This document shows, one piece after another, positions 51,706 to 62,000 of a stretch of 64,000 bases of DNA. The translations under genes were made by a program, and so were the position numbers. The notes beneath the pieces were generated by a model. It saw only the letters and a list, made by a program, of their open reading frames with translations, was not told where the DNA came from and ran no database searches. Where the stretch lies: the NCBI RefSeq assembly GCF_964355755.1, contig NC_092673.1, positions 15,286,948 to 15,350,947 on the forward strand. Direction: 5' to 3'. The stretch's first letter is position 1, and each line of letters opens with the position of its first letter. This DNA is from Antedon mediterranea (taxonomy: Eukaryota; Animalia; Echinodermata).

Positions 51706-52110
51706 AGCTCTGTCTACACTATCAAACTTTATGTTACAACAAAATGTGATGTGCCTATATAGACATGATTAAGTCTTCATAATGAAAAGAAAAATATAAA
51801 ATAATGTTGATTTTAGTGTCATTTTGTCAATAGTTTTTGTGACTCTAATAGTAACACCCATGGGTTACTGCTAGAATAGTGTGTTATTAATATTATTATA
51901 GATCGGACTTATAAGGTCGGTTACTATTAGAAGGGGGTTGCTATTAGAGTGTGGGTTACTTTTAGAAAATTTACGGTATGTGACAAAAACATAAGATGTG
52001 CCCATATATGGACATGATGATGTCATTTCACTACCATATTTAGGCATATCACTACCATTTGGGCACATCACATTTTTTTTGTCAAACTAGTTTAATAGTG
52101 TAGAAAGGGG
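51706..52110. mobile_element. Composite: AGCTCTGTCTACAC-family MITE pieces interrupted by a GGGTTACTATTAGA-repeat element ending TTTTACGG-TA
   Basis: Left TIR at 51706; right part at 51980-52110; intervening 51845-51977 carries mariner-like MITE repeats. Confidence 0.65.
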
Positions 52111-52139
52111 TTTTCTCTCGCTCTTACCTCTCCTCTTTT

Positions 52140-52323
52140 TTTTAGTCGCGTGGACGCGACTCAATAGTTCACTATGTCGGTCGGTCGGTCTGTCTGTCGG
52201 TCGGTCCGGTATCACTATGCGTTTTGTCGCTTTTCTGTACTTTTTGAACTGTTTTGATGTACATTACTTTTTGAAAGTTCATTTTTTTCTGAGAGCACGC
52301 GACTTATGGCTGTTGGCCTTGTT
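52140..52323 (+). mobile_element. Helentron-associated (DINE-1/HINE-like) non-autonomous element
   Basis: T-run then AGTCGCGTG.ACGCGACT hairpin, (GTCG/GTCT)n microsatellite, 3' inverted copy CACGCGACT, short stem GGC..GCC and TTGTT end. Confidence 0.7.
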
Positions 52324-53351
52324 CTTTCTTATTCTACCCAGCCCGGAACTCTGTCTCCTTTCCCCTGCGCGTACGTATCGATATGATTAGTAGAACCTAA
52401 CCATAGAGGTATAAAAAAATCTCCATTACCTAAGTTGATGAATGTGTGCATGAGACAACAACATGGACTACATTTGAACAAAGCCAATCCATACAGTTAC
52501 ACCGTGTAATTTTGTTTCAGCACCCCAACAGAAATAAACCTCTTGAATTTGGTTTTCTGTGGCTATCCTGGTCAAAATCATTACGTTAATTGTCAACAGT
52601 TTTTTTAACGTGTAGGCAACTATTTTAATATATTTAAAATGTAAATCTTTGATATGTTTTTCTGCCTTTAAGGCAGAAAAAACTCTTATTTCTAGTTATA
52701 TATTGCTTGTAATCTTGTTCTCATAGGCCTATATTATCTTGTATATTGTTATTATTTTGTCCAAATACCTCGCAAATACATGGTGCCGGTTATACCCGGG
52801 TAAGTTGGTGATCTCCCAACAAGGTAAGCAACTCGAATCCAACTTAGCGGGTAACTTAACTAAGCCCGGATAGTAGTCTAAGCCTAAGATATTCTACTCG
52901 ATATTTCTACTCGTCTTTGCAAATTGTTTTACAAGTTTCGTTACCTCATGAAATGATTCACAATCTTTATTCATTTTATTTAATCTACACTAACACTTCT
53001 GACCGTGAATTAAATGTAGGGCCTATAGTCATTTTGTTTGGTGTATTCACCATGGTTTATAACCAGGAAGTTATTATATTGTATTCATATGGTAAGATCA
53101 TTACCAATTCAGATGATCTTTTTGTTAAACTTTAAAAAAAATTACCCTGGTTTTGTTTAAGAACACACTTTATAATGCAAGCGAGCTGACAAACAAAACA
53201 CATTCAAAATGAGATTTTCCTATTTCCTAGAAATAACCATTTATACAAACAGTACTATTTATACAAACAATACTATTTTCACAAGTTTAATCAGATGACG
53301 TCATGATCGATAGATTCGTTGAACTTTTCTGAATTTTACAACAATTATTTG

Positions 53352-53650
53352 GTTTATTAGAACACAGCACAAACGTTGAATACGCCAAAAATGAATACAT
53401 TTACGTTGGTGTATTTACTCAAAATTGTCACGCAGGAAAAAAAAACAACAAAGCCATGAGAAAAAATTATATTAAGTTGGAAGTAGGCATTTAGTAAATC
53501 TCCTACAAAAATTGTTTTTGTTTATTAGACCACATAGTACAACAAACGTTGAATTCGCCAAAAAATGAACACATTTAAGTTGGTGTAAAAAATAAAGCCA
53601 TGAGAAACAATTATATTAAGTTCGAAGGTAAGTATATGTAACTCTCCTAA
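53352..53650. repeat. Diverged tandem duplication, 2 x ~167 bp
   Basis: GTTTATTAGA.CACA..CAAACGTTGAAT.CGCCAAAAATGAA..CATTTA.GTTGGTGTA...AAAGCCATGAGAAA.AATTATATTAAGTT occurs twice. Confidence 0.85.
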
Positions 53651-55169
53651 GCAAAAGATTAAATACTACTAATGCAGTGACTTGTACTCACCGGCTACTA
53701 TTATCATGGAGTAAAGAATATTATATTTTCGTTAACTGCTTTAGTAGGCCTACATTTACTATGAACAAATTGGAATCAAAATTGCACGAATAGGCCTAAA
53801 CATAACAACTCTGAAAAAAAAACCACAAAAAGGCAACTTTATTGATTGAAAAGGTCTTTCTTTTCATTCTTTAGGCTTTGTGTGGATACAATGACCACCC
53901 AAAACTGTAATGATCTTAGATAGTTAATCTAGAATATATTGTTTGTTACGCATCATATTGTTCCATCAAGAATAATATATTCATTTCTGTCTTTAATTTA
54001 TGTCTTTCATTAATTTTCATTAATTCAAATTGATTATTTTGATAATTTTTACATAAATCATAATTACTCATCTAACTGGAAAATTCCTTGAATCAATGAT
54101 ATAAAACCTGATCCAATGACAACACTCTGCTTAATCATGCGTGATATGTGTAGCCAAGTGTAAAGTTATAATTCCCACAATACACGAGATAACTAGTAGT
54201 TATATTGTAGAGAACATGTACAATATATAAAAATATAGTTATGTAGAAAACGACCGTTGTGATGCCTTGTTGGCTTAATAAGTATAATTTTTCGAAGGAG
54301 CGAAGTAGACGTTTTATTGGAATGTGGCGTCGATGAACAACATTGATGATTACAGAAACTACAGAAAACATATGTTTATGTAAGTATTATGTACTGTGTA
54401 ACATAAATTATAATCAATGGGACGAGGTATTGGTGCTCGAAAATTTTTAAGAAGGGGTGATAACGAAAAGTCAAGGACAACGATACGTTTAGAAAAAGAT
54501 TTTGGTATGTAAGCAAGCCTTCGACGGTTATCATATTACTATAGCTTTAATTATAATATATAAAAATACTTTATATATTGTTGACTGCAACAAGAGGGTT
54601 TATTTTAGAGTCATTGATACGTGGAAAAACAACCTCACCTTATTCGGTATTAGGCTTAGATTGTATACAGGTTATGAAAAATAAATCATAATTGATAGAA
54701 AAAAATATATTGTATTTTATTCTAGGCCTATAACGTCTGGTGTGAGATTTATCACAACGGTGAGGAATTTGCCCGTTCAGGTTTATAAAATAATATCAAT
54801 TTAGACCAAAATTATCACTCGCTAATTGCATTGTGTAAAGATGGTACCGTTCAGTAGGTAGACCCTGTCCAGAGAGTTACAACTCCCTGCCCTGTCCAAC
54901 ATGTTAACAAGCAGAAGAGGTGTTGACAATATATGGTTTGGGCAGGACAACTCCCTGGTTTGGGGATACAATTTGTTCTTATGGTACTAAACCTCCGATA
55001 GAGTCAGAGACCACGATCTAATGTTTAATTAAGTTTGAATCTAAATGTTGTTGGATTGCCTTGATTTGTTATTGGATCATCGTTAATATAAATAGAAATT
55101 ATTCGTGTTATTATTAGTCTTTGACGGCGGTATTAACTTTGTAGGCTGTTGTAGCACCGTAGATGATAA

Positions 55170-55475
55170 AACAACTCTCCTCCGCATGGCCATGTCCTCC
55201 GCCATCCTCAGTGTTTAGTATTAATCAGCTTGGCCCATTCTTTGATGTTGTGTTTCTTGGGTCTTTCTCGCTTCCTCCTACCTGGTAGAGTGCCTTACAT
55301 GATTGTCCAGGTGATCTCGTAATGTGGCCTACGATCTCATCTTTTTGACAGTGGAGATGAGATTGTTCTGATAGCTGCTCTTACTCTGCTTCGGTCTTTT
55401 TCATTCTTATTTCTGTATATATGCGAACCCCATAATTTTCCTGTAACTTCTCATCTCAAAGGCTTGGATTTTTAT
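55170..55475 (-). mobile_element. Degenerate 3' fragment of an RTE-clade non-LTR retrotransposon
   Basis: Minus-strand broken frames read KIQAFEMRSYRKIMG..LISTVKK..GHITR..GTLPGRRKRERPKK..NIKEWAKL..LRMAED, the typical post-RT C-terminal pattern of RTE LINEs, with frameshifts and stops. Confidence 0.75.
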
Positions 55476-56574
55476 CACTATTTCTAATCCGAAATCATTT
55501 ATTAAATTAAAAATAACTTGTTTTGGCCTATTTGTTCGTGTTTTTTTCATTTGCATTTTCAGGATTGATGTATAATAAATTCGGATTTATCTAGTTTGAG
55601 TTTAATTTATCCAATTTAATCAAACAGATAATATACGGTTTATATACACTTGGCCTAAAGCACTCTAGACGAACCAACCAACCATAATTGTAATTTGAAA
55701 AAAAGACTCCATATGAGATACATTTGGTAATCGTTATGATCGGCTGAAGAACCCAAGGCGCTGAAATATTGCGTTAATATAGAATCAATCAAATGTTAAT
55801 TGAGTAAAAAACGACGTCGAGGTGGATTTCAATGAATGAATCGATATTGTCTTTTAGTGAAAGGCTTTCAAATTATTGTTATTACTTGTCATACGCATAG
55901 AGATAAATAAGTAAAGACCATGTCATAAGTATTTCCATCACTAGAGCATAGATCTTCAAATTAAGTATGATGGAATATTGTTTTGATATATGGTACAAAC
56001 GTTCAATCAATGTTATTGATAAATTTGATTTCACCTCGGTTGATCCTTAATCGATTGCCACATCGCTTGCACATGGGAACAACTTTATAAATTCTGTTAA
56101 AATTACACACTGAGTCTGTGCAAATGATGGTGTATATCCCCAAATCTTTTAGACCTCATATTATATAAGCATTTAACGTTTTGCACGGGATGGGCACAAG
56201 CCCGCAATGCATGTGCACGTACTTCTACTAGGCGAATATCTAACGCTTTTAATCGACTAACGTAATTCTTTCGTTCTTTGCAATGTATAGTTTTGAACGC
56301 TACATAACTTATACGGTACCGTTAATAACGCGTTGTGAGGAATTTGTTTGGCATTTGAGCGAAAGTTGTGCGAACCACACAGTACTGCTTTAGATTAATA
56401 TAAGAAAAAGAGATAATAAAATTAGGAAAAACCGAAGATGTATTAAATTGTATTGATCACAAAACCGAGAAAAAAACGTTTTGCCCGAGCGTTCGAAACG
56501 CAGTAGGCCTATAGCTAACATTGCGTATTCCGTTTCACACGGCACGAAATGAACGACCGACCAATTATGATTTC

Positions 56575-56870
56575 CCATTATTTAAAAACTTGGTGCCGTC
56601 TTCCGGTCCTTGAAATCGAACAAGTGTGAATGTAGCTTTACCATTATTTAATAACACGGCACCGTCTTCCGTTCCGTGAAATGGAACAAGTGTGAATGTA
56701 GCTTTACCATTATTTAATAACATGGAACCGTCTTCCGGTCCATGAACCGGAACAAGTGTGAATGTAGCTTTGCCATTATTTAATAACACGGCACCGTCTG
56801 CCGGTCCGTGAAATGGAACAAGTGTGAATGTAGCTTAATTACCATTATTAAATAACACGACACCGTCTTA
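56575..56870. repeat. 66-bp minisatellite, ~4.5 copies
   Basis: CCATTATTTAATAACACGGCACCGTCTTCCGGTCCGTGAAATGGAACAAGTGTGAATGTAGCTTTA at 56575, 56641, 56707, 56773 and partial at 56842. Confidence 0.95.
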
Positions 56871-57325
56871 TGTGAATGGAACTTAAGTAAACATGGTGAC
56901 ATATTTAGATCTACGGTACGATGTATCATAAATCATATTAATTATTAGGCCTATGTCATTTCTATCATAATTTGGTTGTATGGTTTATCGATTTTGGATC
57001 GTATTTCATAATTAATAATATATATGTATAGAGTTTTATGTATCTTTCTATCTATTGTTACAACGTATTTTATATTTAAATTGGAGAAAATCAAACACAA
57101 CACATGAATACAGGCGTATGTTATTACAGACGTAAATAGAGTCAACGCGTTTCACACGCCCGTTTACTGAGCAGTAACAGCTGCGGCACAAGTGCATTCG
57201 TTCCTACCAGTAAGTAGGAATACTTTTTGTTTTTGTTGTATTAATAGGTAAAAATACGTTATAAATTCGTTGAAGGACATTGTATATGATGGTATGTAAT
57301 CTGAGTGACAATTTGTTGTTTGCCG

Positions 57326-57556
57326 ATAGAGATATCTTAGTTTTAATAGAGATATCTTAGTTTTTAATAGAGATATCTTAGTTTTTAATAGAGATATCTT
57401 AGTTTTAATAGAGATATCTTAGTCTTAATAGAGATATCTTAGTTTTAAATAGAGATATCTTAGTTTTAAATAGAGATATCTTAGTTTTAATAGAGATATC
57501 TTAGTTTTAAATAGAGATATCTTAGTTTTAATATAAGATAATATAAGATATCTTAA
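57326..57556. repeat. 20-21 bp minisatellite ATAGAGATATCTTAGTTTTAA, ~11 copies
   Basis: Directly visible tandem array built on the palindromic core AGATATCT. Confidence 0.95.
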
Positions 57557-59042
57557 TCTCCGAATAAATGACAGCTTGGCGTGCCATATGTGTGCGTGTG
57601 TTTTCATCATTCGTTGTAGTGGTTATTGGTTTAGCATTCCAAAATTCCGGAGTCATGGCTACAAGTCTGCCTTTGACAAGGCCGATTCAGGCTTAGGTTC
57701 GATGTAAGTAACACCAGTTTTATTCTAGCTTCAGTTCACTTTCTATTATACATGGTTACACATGGAGGTATACAATTTTATACCTCCACTTTTACACCAT
57801 ATAGGCCTACTCACTTAATATCATGAATCATTACTTTCGTTTAGGAGCCAATTTACCTCCTGTCACATAATTTGCATATTTATTTTCGTTCACAAACATA
57901 TTTACTGCGTTATTGTTGGTGTGTGAACACACTACTGACGCGTTTCTATAATGCGTTTATTCTTAGGCCTACTTTCTTCCTCTCATAATTAGCATATTTT
58001 CTATCCGTTTTTAAACATATTTACTGGGTTACTCTCTGTATGTACAGTAAAATCTTAAAATGAAGTAAATCTGTAACGGAACTCAATGTGTACCATCCTG
58101 ACGCGTTTTATTCCGTTCGTCTTTTATTTCCGTTATTTCTAACGTATTTACGTTCATTATGAGAATGATTATGTGTACTCAGTGGTCAAGATGAACGTGC
58201 ATGCCTTGGCCTACCGTGTACAGAAACACCTTCACTGACGCTTTATCATACGTTTGTTAGATACCTCAACACTATCTTATTGGATTTTAATTATGAACAT
58301 TTTGTTTCCTTGTTTATGTTTTTAATTGTTCTGTTATTACTCTTGATAAGATCACGGAACGCTTTTACCAAAAATTCCGGATAAGCGGATTATCTTTTCA
58401 TGAGGTGTGTATTAAAATATTCATTTCATCTCATCTTTATGAATATTATACTTTCTGTTAAGGGTTGTTTTTTAATATAGTAATATATTAACATGGTTCA
58501 TCCAGATAAGCTATTTTATAGGAGAAGAAAAATTAGCTGTAAATGTATAAATTTCAAATCGGCAATATACACCCATATATAATAACATAATGGCTTTTCC
58601 ACTAATATACGTACGGCCTAGCAGATCAACTAATACATTTTGTCGATATGAAAATGAATTTCTCTTCGTTTTTACTTATAATTGTAATTACAATTGGACT
58701 CGTTGAAAGTTCGTTGATTGGTGTTATATTTTGTACGAAAAAACCAATAAAATAAATAGATATCGTTCTCGCATTCACCCTCATTTAAGACATTGCTGAA
58801 GAATACTCTGTTTAATTACCTTTATGGGGCTGTGTGTTATTGGACAATGACGTACTATCCATTGAAATAATACAAGGATGGTGGTTGGTAAGTTGTATCA
58901 ACGAGAAATGAATAATGCATACTATGGTTAACGATTCCTTATCGGAGAATTGCAAGCTCATTTATGTGTTTTTGTTGTCTTTACAAACAGGTACATTAAC
59001 ATGTTAGATTTGTAACATCAACTTGCTTCAAAATATATCAAC

Positions 59043-62000
59043 ATGAATCGTTTTCTTTGCGTGTATATTCTACTTGGAGAAGTATTCCTATTAGTGACAT
59101 GCGAAGATAGGCCTAATTGTACTCATGAGCCAAATGCTTTCTGTCCAGTATTAGAAGGTGATATCTACATTGGAGGTCTTGTTAACATCCATCGTGTCAC
59201 CGTGGTGACGGACAACAGTTTGACGGAAGGACCAATCAAAGAGAAATGTTTAGACCCTTACGATCACGGAATGTTTACTTCTTTATCTATTTTGTACGCT
59301 ATTGATGAAATAAATGCTGGCACATTTTTGGATTTGAAAAATATATCAATTGGTTACATGTTGTCTGATGGTTGTCGGTCACGGAGTGTTGCCCTCCGTG
59401 GAGCATCCGATATCTCAACAGGTGCATGTGGCATTAACGAAACTCCTATCGCTATTGTGGCAGATACCTTCTCTGGATCTATAGGCCCAGTAGCTAATTA
59501 TTTCCAACTTACGAATACACCAGTAATAGCTGTCTGGGCTACCAGTGTTGAATTTACTGATACAAACCTTTACCCAACATTTTTTCGAACTGTACCGAAT
59601 GATAATCACCAAGCTGATGCTTTGATAGACATTGTCGAAAGCTTTAATTGGACTTGGGTAGGAGCATTAGCAACGGACGAAAACTATGGACGATTGGGCA
59701 TTGCACATTTCAGAGAGGAGGCTGAGAAAAGGGGGATATGCATTGCTTATGAAATGTATCTTCCGACAGTTATAGATACTAAAAGCGTCACAGAGGCTGT
59801 TGATCTATTGATGAACAATCCAAATGTAAAAGTTATCATTACATTCATCAACAGTGGATACGAAGTCGTCAAGATTTTCAAAGAATGCGACAGACGCAAC
59901 GTCAGTAGTAAGTATAAGCTAAACCATTATTCATTCTTTACAATATTTTACTTAAAACATTCAGTAGTTAGTCAGCATGTATTGCCCGAGAATAGAAACC
60001 CTATTTTCCATCGATATTTCATTCTGCCTTGCTGTATGTCTGAGTCTCATTTTAATACATATTTATGTTGTAGTCAGTTTTACTTTACTGACAATAGGCC
60101 TACAATATTGGATTTAAGTCTATTGTATATTTGAAAATGAAATTGCAATTAATAATCACAGAAATAAATGTAGAGATGTTTGTAGTTACCAGAAATTGTG
60201 CAATTAGTAGTTTTTATGATTAAGTTCGTGTTAGTAATATAAATTCTGTATAAATATCACCTCATAAAATTCTGTACTGAATTGTTCATAATATTCAGCT
60301 TTATTGATATTGGATTCTGTCAGTTATTATTTGTTAGACCATAATTAGACTATTGAAATATCGATTTGGTCGTAATAAGTTGTCTTATTATCACATCAAC
60401 AGATGACAATGAACATGATGTGTCTTTTCTTGTTGAGGCATTATAACCAATATAATCATCTACCGGTTTTGTATGCATTTAATTTTTCCATTGGGCCATC
60501 GAAGGACATTTAATTAAAGTTCCAATTAGTCTAGAGATAATCTGAAATATACGGAACTATTTTAAAACATTTTTTTTTTTATCATATCAACGAAGTATAT
60601 TATTATAAACTTTTAATATAACTTTTAAAGATGTATTGTCCCAAAAACATGAAGAAACCACATTTTTTTAGTGGGGGAAATACCGGTATATCTTTAATGG
60701 TCATTCGTTGACCGAGCAGAGAGAGTTTCCACTCTTTACTGGTCCACACAATGTGATTTTCTAATTTGTTTTCAATTTTTCAGAGAAGATTTGGGTAGGT
60801 ACAGATGTGTGGATAATATCCAGGATATTTGCTGATAACACATATTACAACGTTATCGATGCAGCGTTTGGTACTTCTGTTGAGGAGGTCAGGAATGAAG
60901 ATTTTTGGAACTACTTTCTTTCCCATACACCGAATAATACAAATATCAACTTTTGGTTCAATGAATTCTGGGAAAAAACGTTCGATTGTAGTTTGTATTC
61001 AGAAAACAATACCGTAATGAATCAAGAATGTTGGTCGCATTCACTAGAAGAAAAAGCTGATGAATTCAGAACTTATATTGATTTTACAACGTATAATGCC
61101 GTGTATGCTATTGGTTATGCCATTTATGATATCATTGAATGCAGACCTCCAAATGGTTTGCTGAAAGATGGACTTTGTCCAGATGTTTCTCAACTTGAGC
61201 AATGGCAACTCATGCAGTATCTTAGAAACGTTAACTTTACTCATCATATCAAAGATCGTCAATTCATGTTTGATGACAATTATGAAGTGTTGGCTCGCTA
61301 CACGGTTTATGACTGGAAGCGTACTCCAGAAAATACAGTTAAAATTGAAATTATCGGAGAATATGATAAATCTGCTCAGGATGGTAACTACTTACGAATG
61401 AACAACTCAGCCATATTATGGGATGGCGGTACATCTAAGAAGGTAACATTTAGATTTAATTTCATTACAACATACTCTGATCCTTGTACAACGACACACA
61501 ATAATTATTGGATTGATTGAATGATTGATTGATTGGTATGAATGAATGAAGGCAAGTACCCGGAAAGATGATAAAAGAAAGCCTTGAAGAAATAGTATTT
61601 GAAATTATTTCATTTTTCAATCACTATAACTTTGTATTACCAACTTCTAATGAGTTTTGTGTGTATGAATTAAATTAATTAAATATTTGCATACAAATTA
61701 TAATCAAAAAACTAATTTAACAAAGATCCAGTAATCAATAATTATACAAAGATCAAACAATCAATTTGTAAATCTTAGTTGCAATTAGTAACAATTCAAT
61801 TATGGTTTTTATTACTAACACACTTCTAAGTTGAGCATGTTCTATGGTTTTGATGAGATAACTCAACATTGTGTTTGTATAATGATTAAACGTTGCCTAA
61901 TTGAACTTTCTAAATGCAATGGTAATTTTATTGTATACATGTTACAGGTTCCAACCTCCGTCTGTAGCCTACCATGCAAGCCTGGAACCAGGAAGCTTCA

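Noticed and set aside
56565-56789. ORF with 22-aa repeats (LLNNGKATFTLVP...)
   Set aside because: By-product of a 66-bp repeat (multiple of 3); no ATG context, splice support or recognisable domain.
59908-60134. C-terminal part of the 363-aa ORF
   Set aside because: Read-through into intron after the GTAAGT donor at 59908; homology resumes at 60784.
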